Source: Rhodobacter sp. (GTDB taxonomy: Bacteria > Pseudomonadota > Alphaproteobacteria > Rhodobacterales > Rhodobacteraceae). From it: a stretch of DNA of 64,000 bases. The position numbers and the translations under genes are program-made. This document shows, in pieces, positions 29,893-39,754 of this stretch (the first letter of the stretch is position 1; every line of letters begins with the position of its first letter). The DNA lies in NCBI GenBank assembly GCA_016704435.1, contig JADJAB010000018.1, positions 3,436 to 67,435 of the forward strand, given 5' to 3'. The notes beneath the pieces were generated by a model that worked only from the letters and a program-made list of their open reading frames with translations, searched no databases and was not told the DNA's origin.

Positions 29893-31178
29893 TCCTCGAA
29901 TGTAGACGCGCCGCTGGCCTGCCGGTCCAAACGCTGGTCCCACATCTGACCGCAGGCCCGCATGTGACTCAGCAGCAGGTCGCCGTGCTTCTCCCACCAG
30001 CCGAGGATCGAGCGGATTTCGACGATCCGGGCGCGCCCGTCCTGAATGCGCACCACCGGCCAGGAGCCGACCAGCGCGTGGTCGATACCGAACAGCTCGC
30101 GCCCCCACCACCGCGCCTCGCCGAACACATTGCGACCGACCCCGCCCAGCTTCATCGCCGACAGGACAACCGTCGGCTCGACGGTCTGGATGCGCTCAAC
30201 GGCCTTGCGCCACATCTCGAGAATGGCGCAATATTGCCACGACACCGCGCTCCACTCGCCCGGAAAGCGGCGATTGAATTCGGCGTAGAACTCGGCCGGG
30301 CGCGGGAAGTCCACGCTGGTATCGCTCAGCGCCGGATCGTCAAAGTCCGGGAACTGGAAGATGAAACCCTCCATGAACTCGCGGCTGGTGCGCTCGATCA
30401 GCGCTGGATAGTTGTCGCAGGTGCAAGACAGGATCTGCCCCTTGAAGCCTTTGCGGTAGGCGGCTTCGGTCAGGGCGTGGACGAAGGGCTCATAGGCGGT
30501 GTCCCAGCAAAGGATGTCGGGCTCGGCGCTCAGCAGCGCATCGACCATGGCATCAGGATCCTCCGGCGCGCCGGTATAGAGTAGCTCCTTCACGACGGTC
30601 ATCCCCGCCGCCGCAAATGCAGCCCGATAGGTGGCAAGCGAGGGCAGCCCCAGCGCGTCGCGTTGCGCGCACAGCGCCACGCGACGCAGTTCGGGCCGGT
30701 TCTCGGACAACCAGTCGACGCCCGTCACGACATAGATCGGATGCACCTCGCAGGGTGCGATAAGGTAGGGGGTGTCCGGCGACAGGTCACTTGGCAGCAG
30801 AGTGGTCGCCAGGATCCGCGACCGGGTCAGGAAATCGCTGATCGCCGGAACGGGATCACCGCCCAGCATGAGAATCATCTTGACCCCCTGCTCCAGCACC
30901 AGGTGCTTGGCACCCAGCAAAGCGCAGGCTGGGTCATACTGGTCGTCATAGGCGACAATCTCGACCCGACGGCGTTGGTCGCCGATCCGCAGGCCACCCT
31001 CGGCATTAAGCCGATCGGCCCAGATCCGGCACCCCTCAAAACCCGGACGCCCCCAGGCCGAAGCGGCACCCGTCAGCGGCGCCAGCACGCCGACCTTGAC
31101 CGCCTCGCGCGCGCGCATGGCATACTTGGGAAGGCTCGCGGAAACCGCGAGATCGGCGCCAAAGGAATAGATGCTCAT
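29868..31178 (-). CDS. substrate-binding-protein paralog without a signal peptide
   Basis: GAGG RBS. Paralog of 27406-28710 (shared APCEVHPIY, CAQxDALGLPS and FMEGFxFQFPDFDDP). The N-terminus MSIYSFGADLAVSASLPKY has no Tat or Sec features. Confidence 0.85.
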   Translation of the reverse strand: MSIYSFGADLAVSASLPKYAMRAREAVKVGVLAPLTGAASAWGRPGFEGCRIWADRLNAEGGLRIGDQRRRVEIVAYDDQYDPACALLGAKHLVLEQGVKMILMLGGDPVPAISDFLTRSRILATTLLPSDLSPDTPYLIAPCEVHPIYVVTGVDWLSENRPELRRVALCAQRDALGLPSLATYRAAFAAAGMTVVKELLYTGAPEDPDAMVDALLSAEPDILCWDTAYEPFVHALTEAAYRKGFKGQILSCTCDNYPALIERTSREFMEGFIFQFPDFDDPALSDTSVDFPRPAEFYAEFNRRFPGEWSAVSWQYCAILEMWRKAVERIQTVEPTVVLSAMKLGGVGRNVFGEARWWGRELFGIDHALVGSWPVVRIQDGRARIVEIRSILGWWEKHGDLLLSHMRACGQMWDQRLDRQASGASTFEDHAPRIRS

Positions 31179-31333
31179 GATATCCTCGTGGTATCGATGG
31201 CGCGGGGTGTGGTTGTGGCAGGCTCGGCCATCAACATCGTTCGGTTGCCGGCTTCGGAATAGGGGACGGTCGCAGGTGCGCATGAACGCCTGCCGGCGTC
31301 GTGTCAACTGGCAGTTTGGACGGGACTATTGCA

Positions 31334-31363
31334 GGCTCTGTCGCAAACTTTGCTTCTTGACGC
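31334..31363 (-). mobile_element. probable IS6 right-end remnant
   Basis: GGCTCTGTCGCAAAC, sharing 9 terminal bases with the IS6 end at 6968. It abuts IS5 copy 2. Confidence 0.5.
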
Positions 31364-32336
31364 GGCGTTGTTGCAGAACTGCCGCGTCAAGCGTGACTTC
31401 GCCTTTCCCTTTGGGTTTAGCTCACGCGCAGGATCTCGGCGGTGCCGAGTGCCTCGATCCGACTTCATACGTGATATCCGGTCCAGCGTTTCCGGAATGC
31501 CCGGCCATGGTGCCTTGTGGCCCGTAGCGTTTCGTTCCTGGCCGTTGCCGCCGGGCAATCTTCTTTCCAGGGCCGGCCGTTCTTGCGGATGGGGATGATT
31601 GCGGTGGCCCGGTGGTCGATGATGGCCGTGTGGCAGCGACGGGTGTCATAGGCGCCATCAGCGGTCACCGTGCCGATCACTTCGCCCTCCGGGATCTGAT
31701 CCAGCAGTTCCGGCAAGACCGGGCTGTCACCGTCGCTGCTGGAGGTGAATTCCACCGCCCGGATGTCCGACGTGGCCGTGTCCATGGCCAGATGCACCTT
31801 GCGCCCCCTCTCACGGTTTGCTGGCAAACCACGAGAGGGCGCCACCGCCGAGGAACTTGATCCCGGTGCTGTCCACCAGCAGATTGAGAGGGCCGTTGGC
31901 GCGCCTGCAAGGGATCTGGACGGCCGGTGTTTTCTGCCGCCGACACAAGGTCGAATAGTCCGGCACCGTCCAATCGAGGTTCGCCAAACCCGGCATGCTG
32001 GCCACCATGCCTGTCGTCTGCCTGAGCGGCAGTTTGAACAGGACCTTGATCGTCAGGCAAAACCGGATCGCGGCATCGGAAAACACCGCAGGGCGGCCAG
32101 GGCTCCCGTCATGCGGCGCAAGCCAGGTCATGTCATTGTCCAGCCACCCTCTCACGCATGCAGGCATGCGTTGCCGGGCAACGGATCAACAGCGACCCGC
32201 GCTTCCCTGGCGCCACGTTGTAGCCGGACCAGTTCGTCGTGCGGAAGCGGGTAGGTGATGGCTTGCTCATCCACCCCGTCTAACCGCATGGATTCACCAT
32301 GTGAATCCTTGGCAGTCAGAGTTCTGCAACAACGCC
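31364..32336 (-). mobile_element. IS5-family (IS903-like) element, degenerate, copy 2 (inverted relative to copy 1)
   Basis: Perfect 17-bp IRs GGCGTTGTTGCAGAACT / AGTTCTGCAACAACGCC. The interior is nearly identical to 7142-8118, including shared frameshifts. Confidence 0.92.
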
Positions 32337-32450
32337 CAACAAACCCAAGAACTCTCGTCATGACCGAGGGACGAATGGGGGGCAGGGCACACTGGATCTA
32401 CAAGATGAACCCCGTCACCCGTTCTTGCGCCAGAGCCCCGCCAAACCAAG

Positions 32451-32486
32451 GGACTTGCGCCGGCAGGCGCGCAATTGCTTCACCGC
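32451..32486. repeat. intergenic repeat family B, copy 1
   Basis: GGACTTGCG...GCGCAATTGCTTCACCGC, also at 60869-60904 (reverse) and 61085-61117. Confidence 0.7.
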
Positions 32487-32508
32487 ACAAACCCGGCGCG
32501 CCGCCCGA

Positions 32509-34023
32509 TCAGAACCCCACGTCCGGCCCACCGTCGCCCTGCCAGGCCCGCGCAAGGTTGCCGAAGCGGGTAAAGCGGCCCTCGAACGACAGTTCCACCG
32601 TGCCGATCGGCCCGTGGCGCTGCTTGCCGATGATCACCTCGGCCTTGCCGTGGCATTGCTCCATCATCTGCTGCCAGGCAGCCATCTTGTCCATCTCGTG
32701 ATCCGCCGGCTTTTCCCGTTCGCGGTAGTATTCCTCGCGGAACACGAACATCACCACATCGGCATCCTGCTCGATCGACCCGGATTCGCGCAGGTCGCTC
32801 AGCTGCGGCCGCTTGTCCTCGCGGCTTTCCACGGCGCGGCTCAGCTGACTCAGCGCGATCACCGGGATGTTCAACTCCTTGGCGATCGCCTTCAGCCCCT
32901 GGGTGATCTCGCTGACTTCCTGCACCCGGTTGGCTTCCGACGATTTGGCGGTGCCCTTCAGCAACTGCAGGTAGTCGATCACCAGCACATCCAGCCCATG
33001 GGTCCGCTTCAGCCGCCGCGCCCGTGCTGCGACCTGGCTGATCGGCAGCGCCGGCGTGTCGTCGATGTAGAGCGGGCAGGTCTCCAGCTGCTTGGCGGCA
33101 TCGACGAAACGGCGGAATTCGCCTTCGGTCATATCGCCGCGACGAATTTGTTCCGATGGCACTTCGGAGGCCTCGGACAGCACGCGGGCCGCCAGCTGCT
33201 CGGCACTCATCTCCAGAGAGAAGAATCCCACGCAGCCGCCTTCGACTGCGCCTTCGCTGCCGTCGGGCTTGCGGCCGCGGCGGTAGGCCTTGGCGATGTT
33301 GAAGGCAATGTTGGTCGCCAGCGAGGTCTTTCCCATCGACGGCCGCCCGGCCAGGATCAGTAGGTCGCTTTCGTGCAACCCGCCCAGCTTCTTGTCCAGG
33401 TCGGCCAGCCCGGTCGCGATGCCCGCCAGCCCGCCGCCGCGCTGATAGGCCGCGTTTGCCACATTAACCGCGTCCGTCACTGCCTTGAGAAAGCTCTGAA
33501 ATCCGCGCTCGGCAACGCCCTGCTCGCCCAAGCGGTAGAGCCGCTGCTCGGCTTCGGTGATCTGTTCGCGCGGCTCGGATTCCATGTCCACCTTGGCGGC
33601 GCGATCGGAAATGTCGCGCCCCAGCTGGATCAGTTCGCGCCGCACCGCGAGATCGTAGATCATCTGCGCATAGTCGCGCGCCGCGAAAGAGGAAATCGCC
33701 GATCCGGCAAGCCTCACCAGATAGGCCGGGCCGCCCAGATCCCTGAGCCCGGAGTCGTCCTCCATGAAGGCTTTCAGCGTGACCGGCGAGGCAAGCGCGT
33801 TCTTCTGGATGCGGGCTGAAGCGATCTCGAAGATGCGGGCATGGACAGGATCGAAGAAATGCTCGGATCTCACCAGAGCCGCAATCCGGTCATAGATGTC
33901 GTTATTGACCAGAATGGCTCCCAGAAGCTGTTGTTCTGCCTCGATATTATTGGGCAGCGCTTCGGCCCCGCCGCCGTCTTGCGTGGCCGGAACCGTTGGC
34001 CGCAGTGTTGCAATCTCACTCAT
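32509..34023 (-). CDS. dnaB: replicative DNA helicase
   Basis: PNNIEAEQQLLG, GRPSMGKT, IDYLQL, LSQLSR and DLRESGSIEQDADVVMF motifs. Confidence 0.98.
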   Translation of the reverse strand: MSEIATLRPTVPATQDGGGAEALPNNIEAEQQLLGAILVNNDIYDRIAALVRSEHFFDPVHARIFEIASARIQKNALASPVTLKAFMEDDSGLRDLGGPAYLVRLAGSAISSFAARDYAQMIYDLAVRRELIQLGRDISDRAAKVDMESEPREQITEAEQRLYRLGEQGVAERGFQSFLKAVTDAVNVANAAYQRGGGLAGIATGLADLDKKLGGLHESDLLILAGRPSMGKTSLATNIAFNIAKAYRRGRKPDGSEGAVEGGCVGFFSLEMSAEQLAARVLSEASEVPSEQIRRGDMTEGEFRRFVDAAKQLETCPLYIDDTPALPISQVAARARRLKRTHGLDVLVIDYLQLLKGTAKSSEANRVQEVSEITQGLKAIAKELNIPVIALSQLSRAVESREDKRPQLSDLRESGSIEQDADVVMFVFREEYYREREKPADHEMDKMAAWQQMMEQCHGKAEVIIGKQRHGPIGTVELSFEGRFTRFGNLARAWQGDGGPDVGF

Positions 34024-34103
34024 CTGATACCCCCAAGGCACACTCCCGAGAACCCCGGTTCCCTATGGCAAAGCCGGGTGCGGGCTGGCAAGTCTGATAG
34101 GTC

Positions 34104-34112
34104 TGTGGATAA
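34104..34112 (-). promoter_or_regulatory. DnaA box upstream of dnaB
   Basis: TGTGGATAA is a perfect reverse complement of TTATCCACA. A weaker TTATCCATG lies at 34224. Confidence 0.5.
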
Positions 34113-34266
34113 GGCCTGTATGGCGCCAAGGATAACCGAAAGCCGCGCAAGACGCTACAATGCAATGTGGCGATGGCCGGGCGAGCAGCTAGATGTAGGT
34201 CGGTTCAGAGCCGCGAATCGCAGTTATCCATGGGCAGTCCACAGGATTATTCCCCCTGACGTAGGG

Positions 34267-34946
34267 TCAAGCCTTGGCCCGCGCCGCCTGCCATGCGCGG
34301 GGATCGGTCAGGAACGCCTCCACCTCGGCCAGGGTACGCGCATCAAAGGCGGCACTGGCGCGGGCCTCGGCCAGCACGTCCCACCAGGTGCACAGATGAT
34401 GCAATGCCACGCCATGCGCGGCCAGACGCTCGGTCGTTTCAGGAAGATGCCGTAGGAGAAGATCACCGCGGTGTGGCCGCAGGTGGCGCCAGTCTCGCGG
34501 ATGGCATCGACGAAGCTGAGCTTCGAGCCGCCGTCGGTGGTCAGATCCTCGACCAGCAGCACGCGCTGGCCTTCGGTCATCGCACCTTCGATGCGGGCGT
34601 TGCGGCCGTAGCCTTTCGGCTTCTTGCGCACATAGGTCATCGGCAGGGCCAGCCGTTCGGCCACCAAAGCGGCGAAGGGAATGCCGGCGGTCTCGCCCCC
34701 GGCGATGTTGTCGAAGGCCTCGAACCCCGCCTCGCGCAGCACGGTGACCGACAGGAAATCCATCAGGACCGAGCGGATGCGCGGATAGCTGATCAGCTTG
34801 CGGCAGTCGATATAGGTCGGGCTGGGCAGGCCGGAGGCCAGGGTGAACGGCGTTTCGGCGTTGAAATGCACCGCCTTGATCTCCAGCAAGGCGCGGGCGG
34901 TCAGGCGACTGATTTCCTCTTTGGGCGGAAAGCTGGCGGCGATCAT
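34267..34946 (-). CDS. pyrE: orotate phosphoribosyltransferase (one-base indel near 34443)
   Basis: [15 protein letters not shown] and [10 protein letters not shown] motifs. Adding one C restores the conserved tail [19 protein letters not shown]. Confidence 0.95.
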
Positions 34947-34963
34947 GAGAGGCTCCTCAGGCG

Positions 34964-35047
34964 CTTCATCTTGGTCCAAATACTCCCGCCGGAGGCACGC
35001 ACGGCCGGATGCGGACGCTCCGCGGGGAGTATTTCTGCCAAGATGAA
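34964..35047. repeat. intergenic repeat family A, inverted pair
   Basis: CTTCATCTTGGTCCAAATACTCCCGCCGGAGGCA ... GGGGAGTATTTCTGCCAAGATGAA. Confidence 0.8.
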
Positions 35048-35048
35048 A

Positions 35049-36089
35049 TCAGCTTTCCACATGCCAATGCACGGGAAAGCCGGGGTTGAAGACGGTGACG
35101 GGGCCTGCCTCGGTAAAGATCTTGTCCGGGAAGGCGTGGGGCTGATCGCGTTTCACCAGCCGCAGGCGGGTCTCGTTGACGGGCAGGCGGTAGAAGGCGG
35201 GGCCGTTGAGCGACGCAAAAGCCTCCAGCCGGTCCAGCGCGCCCTCTTGCTCGAAGACATGCGCCAGAAGGGCCATGGTGTTGGTTGCCGTGAAACAGCC
35301 CGCGCAGCCGCAGGCATGCTCCTTCAGCGCATCCACATGCGGCGCCGAATCCGTGCCCAGGAAATAGCAGCCCTTGCCCGAAACCGCCGCACGGCGCAGG
35401 GCAAGGCGGTGCTTTTCGCGCTTGGCCACGGGCAGGCAGTAGTAATGCGGCTTGATGCCGCCGACCAGGATGTGGTTGCGGTTGATGATCAGGTGATGCG
35501 TGGTGATCGTGGCGCCGAGGTTCGGCCCGCCGGCGGCGGCGTAGTCGGCGCCCTCCCTGGTCGTGATATGCTCCATCACCACGCGCAGCTCGGGCAGCCG
35601 GCGGCGCAACGGATCAAGCACGGTGTCGATGAACACCGCCTCGCGGTCGAAGATGTCGACCTCTGCCGCCGTCACCTCGCCATGGGTGCAAAGCGGCAGG
35701 CCGATCTCGGCCATCTTTTCCAGCACCGGCATCACGCCGGTCAGATCGCGCACGCCGGATTGCGAATTCGTGGTGGCGCCGGCGGGGTATAGCTTTACCG
35801 CCTTGACCAGCCCGGAGGCCGCCGCCGCCGCCACATCGGCCGGATCGGTGCCTTCGGTCAGGTAAAGCGTCATCAGCGGCTCGAACGCGGCACCCTCGGG
35901 CAGGGCGGCCAGGATGCGGTCGCGGTAGGCGGCGGCCTGTTCGCCCGTCACCACCGGCGGCACCAGATTGGGCATGATGATCGCGCGGGCGAAATGGCGC
36001 GAGGTTTCCGGCAGGACACCCTTCAGCATCGCGCCGTCGCGCAGATGCAGGTGCCAGTCGTCGGGGCGGCGGAGGGTGATCTCTTGCAT
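35049..36089 (-). CDS. pyrC: dihydroorotase (class II)
   Basis: [36 protein letters not shown] and LGTDSAPH motifs. Confidence 0.98.
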   Translation of the reverse strand: MQEITLRRPDDWHLHLRDGAMLKGVLPETSRHFARAIIMPNLVPPVVTGEQAAAYRDRILAALPEGAAFEPLMTLYLTEGTDPADVAAAAASGLVKAVKLYPAGATTNSQSGVRDLTGVMPVLEKMAEIGLPLCTHGEVTAAEVDIFDREAVFIDTVLDPLRRRLPELRVVMEHITTREGADYAAAGGPNLGATITTHHLIINRNHILVGGIKPHYYCLPVAKREKHRLALRRAAVSGKGCYFLGTDSAPHVDALKEHACGCAGCFTATNTMALLAHVFEQEGALDRLEAFASLNGPAFYRLPVNETRLRLVKRDQPHAFPDKIFTEAGPVTVFNPGFPVHWHVES

Positions 36090-36227
36090 GGCTTCGCCCT
36101 AGCGCATCCGCAGGCGCGGTGCCAGTGGCCAGTTGGCCTTGCGGTGGCAGCTGGCGAGGGCTGGCATTCCCCCCTTTGCGGGCAGGCCCCGATGCGTCAC
36201 AAGGAAGCAATGCCATCGGAGACCGCT

Positions 36228-36638
36228 ATGAACCACACCCTTCTTTCCCCTCTTCTTGCCCTGCTGCTGTCCAGCCTTCCCGCCACCGCGCAAGAGGTTG
36301 ATTGCGCCAATGCCATGTCGCAGAGCGACATGAACCTCTGCGCCCATGACGATTGGCAGGCACAGGACGCGGCTCTGAACGATGCCTATGCCAAGGCGGT
36401 CCTGATGCTGGAGGAATGGGATGCCAACCTGCCGCAGGCCGAGCGTGGCGCGGTTCAGGCGCTGAAAGAGGGCCAGCGCGCCTGGGTCACCTTTCGCGAC
36501 AAGGCCTGCGAGGCCGAAGGCTATGCCATGCGTGGCGGCAGCGCCGAGGGGTTTCTTGTCTATGGCTGCATGGCGCGGCTGACCGAAGACCGCGCCCGAC
36601 AGCTTTCCTGGATGATCGAGGCCTACGGCAGCTTCTGA
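36228..36638 (+). CDS. LprI/DUF1311-family secreted protein
   Basis: Signal peptide, then DCANAMSQSDMNLCA, QRAWVTFRDKAC and a terminal C-x-ARLT. Confidence 0.85.
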   Translation: MNHTLLSPLLALLLSSLPATAQEVDCANAMSQSDMNLCAHDDWQAQDAALNDAYAKAVLMLEEWDANLPQAERGAVQALKEGQRAWVTFRDKACEAEGYAMRGGSAEGFLVYGCMARLTEDRARQLSWMIEAYGSF

Positions 36639-36644
36639 CGGCGG

Positions 36645-37562
36645 TCAGCTCTCGGCCCCGGTCAGTTCCGCCAGTCGGGCCGCAAAGCGCGGCGCTTTCA
36701 TCCGCCGGGTGACCGAGCGGCAGATCCGCAGTTCCAGATCCGGGCGTTTCTGCGCGGCTGCGGCATTGAGGATGGATTTCAGATAGAAGGCATAGGACCG
36801 CCGCGACCGCCAGTGCCGGGCAAAGCCCGCAGCGGTCAGCGTGCCGGCCATCGCGTCTTCCAGCACCTTGTCCAGAATGCCCGCACCGGCCAGCGCGCGT
36901 TCCGTCACCTCGCCGGTGCGGCGCGCCTTCAGGGGCGTCACCCAGGGGTTGCGGAACAGCGCGGCGTGCATCGCGTCAACCGGGTTCAGCGGGTCATGCA
37001 CCAGCCAGACATGGGCGGCCCCCTCGGTCATGTCGGGCGCATAGCCATAGCGCGAGGTGAAGTCGAAGCGCCGCGCCGCCATGTGGCGCCGGTCCCATCC
37101 CGCCACTTCGGGGTCAAGCGTCGCGCGCGGCGCCACCGCCAGCACCCGCGCGCCCGGCGCGGCCACGGCATAGGCGCAGGCGGCACAGCCCGCCGCCCCT
37201 GCGCCATGAAACAGCACCTGGTCGAAATCGTCGAAGAAAGCGTCATCCACCAGCCGGTCGAAATAGCCCCAGACCGCGCGGTCGCGCCACCAGGTCTCGC
37301 CCTCGGCAATCAGCGTCAGCAGCGACCAGCCGCGCGCCTTGCACATGGCATAGGCTGCCGGCAGCTGGTCGTCGCGGGCGCGGATCGTCTCGGCCCGCTC
37401 GAAGGTCACCAGAAGGTTCGGCCGGTCCTCGGCGAAAAACGCCCAGTGGCGGGCGCCGACCCGTTCCAGATACCCGTCATCCTCGGCGATGGCATCCATG
37501 GCGGTCAGCCACTCCTGCCCCTCGGGAAGGGGCGGGGCGGCAAGTGCGGTGGTTTCGGCCAT
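36645..37562 (-). CDS. conserved hypothetical protein, alpha/beta-hydrolase-like
   Basis: LLVTFE, FHGAGAAGCAAC (nucleophile-elbow-like, no Ser) and RYGYAPDM. Typical gene near pyrC in this family. Confidence 0.7.
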   Translation of the reverse strand: MAETTALAAPPLPEGQEWLTAMDAIAEDDGYLERVGARHWAFFAEDRPNLLVTFERAETIRARDDQLPAAYAMCKARGWSLLTLIAEGETWWRDRAVWGYFDRLVDDAFFDDFDQVLFHGAGAAGCAACAYAVAAPGARVLAVAPRATLDPEVAGWDRRHMAARRFDFTSRYGYAPDMTEGAAHVWLVHDPLNPVDAMHAALFRNPWVTPLKARRTGEVTERALAGAGILDKVLEDAMAGTLTAAGFARHWRSRRSYAFYLKSILNAAAAQKRPDLELRICRSVTRRMKAPRFAARLAELTGAES

Positions 37563-37727
37563 GACGAAAGGCCCCCTCGGCATGGGTTGCGGAACAGAGG
37601 CGGCCATTGTCGCGCGATCAAGGCCGCGCGGCAAGGAACGAGGACGCGATTTCCCCTCCCGGCGCGGCAACAGTCTGTTGCGAAAGCTTCACACCTCGCC
37701 CTTGCGCCCGATCATGGCGCCCCGCAC

Positions 37728-38762
37728 TTACGCCCTGTCCGGCTGCCCGGCGCCATGCGCCCAGACCAGCCGGGCCTCCGTGGCGGTCAGCAGCCTGGTC
37801 GGCGGACACATCAGAAGCCGCCCGAAAAAGGCGCGCCAGGGTTCTTCGGTCATCAGATGCCGGAAGCGGTCCTTGCGCCATTGCACGGCCCGGTCATGCA
37901 GCGGCCCCAGCACCGGATCGGCGCGCAGGCCTTCACGCAAGGTCCGGCTGTCCAGCGCAAGGATCGTCCGGTCCTCGATATCGCAGAAGTTCCGCTCCAC
38001 CCAATAGCCGACATCCGCCACCGAGGCCTCGCGGTTCGCCCGCCCGCGGTCGGCCTTGACCAGAAAGCCCTCGATCGAGCCAAGCGCGTAATGGTTCAGC
38101 TGCACCATCCCGTAGTGATCCTGCCCGAGGTCCGAGAATATCCGCGTGGTCAGGAACGCCGGGGCCAGATCGACGCCCGAGCCTGAGACCCATCGCTGCC
38201 CCGCCATCCGGTCGCGGTCGGGCGCGCGCGGGCGGTGAACGCCCAGCTTGCCGTAGCTGCCGTCGTTGCGGAAAAGGGTCTTGAACAGCATCGCCCGCCA
38301 CGGCCAGTTCAGCACTGCGGGTGCCGCGCGGGTGAAGGTCGCGGTTACCGGGCGGTCGGCGCATTCGACCACGCCGGCATTGCCGAACAGCCGCCAGGTC
38401 AGCGGAATGGCGGTGGCGCGGGGCAGGGCGGCCAGCAGCGCCTGCACCGTGCGGTCGCCGACATGGACGTTGACGAATTCGTCGACGTCGGCAAACAGCA
38501 CCCAATCGGCCGCCTTGACCAGCGGATGCCGGTCCGCCGCCTTCAGGGCCGCCCATTGCGGGCCTGCCTCATGCGGCCCGTCGTTGCGGACATGGGTCAG
38601 CCAGCCCATTGCCTGCAGCCGGTCCAGCAGCAGGTCGGTGCCATCGGTGCAATCATTGGAAAACACAAGGAAGTCCGTGAACCCGCAAGCCCGGTGATGG
38701 GCCAGCCATTCCAGCACGAACGCGCCCTCGTTCTTCACCGTCATCACTGCCAGAACCCGCAT
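37728..38762 (-). CDS. glycosyltransferase family 2 (Glyco_tranf_2_4 type)
   Basis: TVKNEGAFVLEWLAHH, SNDCTDGT, DVDEF, LGVHRP and QLNHYA motifs. TGA/ATG overlap with the upstream gene. Confidence 0.9.
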   Translation of the reverse strand: MRVLAVMTVKNEGAFVLEWLAHHRACGFTDFLVFSNDCTDGTDLLLDRLQAMGWLTHVRNDGPHEAGPQWAALKAADRHPLVKAADWVLFADVDEFVNVHVGDRTVQALLAALPRATAIPLTWRLFGNAGVVECADRPVTATFTRAAPAVLNWPWRAMLFKTLFRNDGSYGKLGVHRPRAPDRDRMAGQRWVSGSGVDLAPAFLTTRIFSDLGQDHYGMVQLNHYALGSIEGFLVKADRGRANREASVADVGYWVERNFCDIEDRTILALDSRTLREGLRADPVLGPLHDRAVQWRKDRFRHLMTEEPWRAFFGRLLMCPPTRLLTATEARLVWAHGAGQPDRA

Positions 38763-39709
38763 CACGCCGCCCCCTCGCCGATCACCGCCCACAGCGCCGC
38801 CATCCCCGGATCGGCCCGCAGGGCCGCGATCCGCGCCCGGTGCCAGGTCACCGCCCTTGCGTGCAACTCCGCCAGCGCCGCCTCCGCCATCATCAACGCC
38901 CGCCAGTCAGCCGCCGCGGCATCATAGCGCCGGATCGCGTGGCATTCGACCTCTGCCAGATCGAACCGCCGCCAATAGTCCAGCCCGATATCCTCGCCGA
39001 CATGGTTCACCCGGCCGCGGTCGCGCTTGACCAGAAAGCTTTCGGCAGAGCGCAGCGCGTAATGGTTGACCTGCGCCACGTCATAGCGCGCCCGGACCAT
39101 CATCGGCTGGCCGTCCCGCGCCGGGCGCCCGCCCGGCGCCTCTCGCAGATAGGGCGCGGCACCCTCGGGCGGCAACGGCGCATGCACCCCGATCCGCCCC
39201 ACGCCGCCGGGGTCGTGCAGCAGCGACTTGGCGAAGACCGGCTTGCCGATCCCCCGCCGCGCCCCGCATTCGGCCAGCACGAATTGCGCGCCGACCGGCC
39301 GGTCCTCATAGCTTGCCCGCCCCGCCGGGCCGAACACCCGCCAGGGCACCGAGATCACCTCCACCCCCGGCGACCCCGCCGCCACCAGAGCGCGGGCCGA
39401 GCCATCGCCGACATGCACCACCAGAAACTCGTCGGCATCGCAAACCCACAGCCATTCCGCCGCCGCCACCTCCGGCCGCTTGCGCGCCTGCCGGAACGCC
39501 GCGCGCTGGATCGACGTCCCCGCCTTCATCGTCGCATGATGCCGCGCCAGCCCCAGCGCCTGCAGCCGCAGCACCATGGCATCGGTGCCATCGGCGCAAT
39601 CGTTGGTGCAGATCACCAGATCGTCGAACCCCAGCGCCTTGTGATGCGCCACCCATTCCAGCACGAACGCGCCTTCGTTCTTCATCGTGGTCAAGACCGC
39701 GAAGGTCAT
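38762..39709 (-). CDS. glycosyltransferase family 2 (Glyco_tranf_2_4 type)
   Basis: TTMKNEG, TNDCADGT, DADEF, NHYALRSAESFLVKRDRG motifs. Confidence 0.9.
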   Translation of the reverse strand: MTFAVLTTMKNEGAFVLEWVAHHKALGFDDLVICTNDCADGTDAMVLRLQALGLARHHATMKAGTSIQRAAFRQARKRPEVAAAEWLWVCDADEFLVVHVGDGSARALVAAGSPGVEVISVPWRVFGPAGRASYEDRPVGAQFVLAECGARRGIGKPVFAKSLLHDPGGVGRIGVHAPLPPEGAAPYLREAPGGRPARDGQPMMVRARYDVAQVNHYALRSAESFLVKRDRGRVNHVGEDIGLDYWRRFDLAEVECHAIRRYDAAAADWRALMMAEAALAELHARAVTWHRARIAALRADPGMAALWAVIGEGAA

Positions 39710-39714
39710 GGCCG

Positions 39715-39736
39715 CTTCATCTCGGCAGAAATACTC
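39715..39736. repeat. intergenic repeat family A, partial copy
   Basis: CTTCATCTCGGCAGAAATACTC. Confidence 0.65.
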
Positions 39737-39754
39737 AGTTCCGCGGTCGGCATC

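Noticed and set aside
34267-34946. pyrE as a true pseudogene (uracil auxotrophy)
   Set aside because: A single missing C with a fully conserved downstream frame, in a window with many similar indels.
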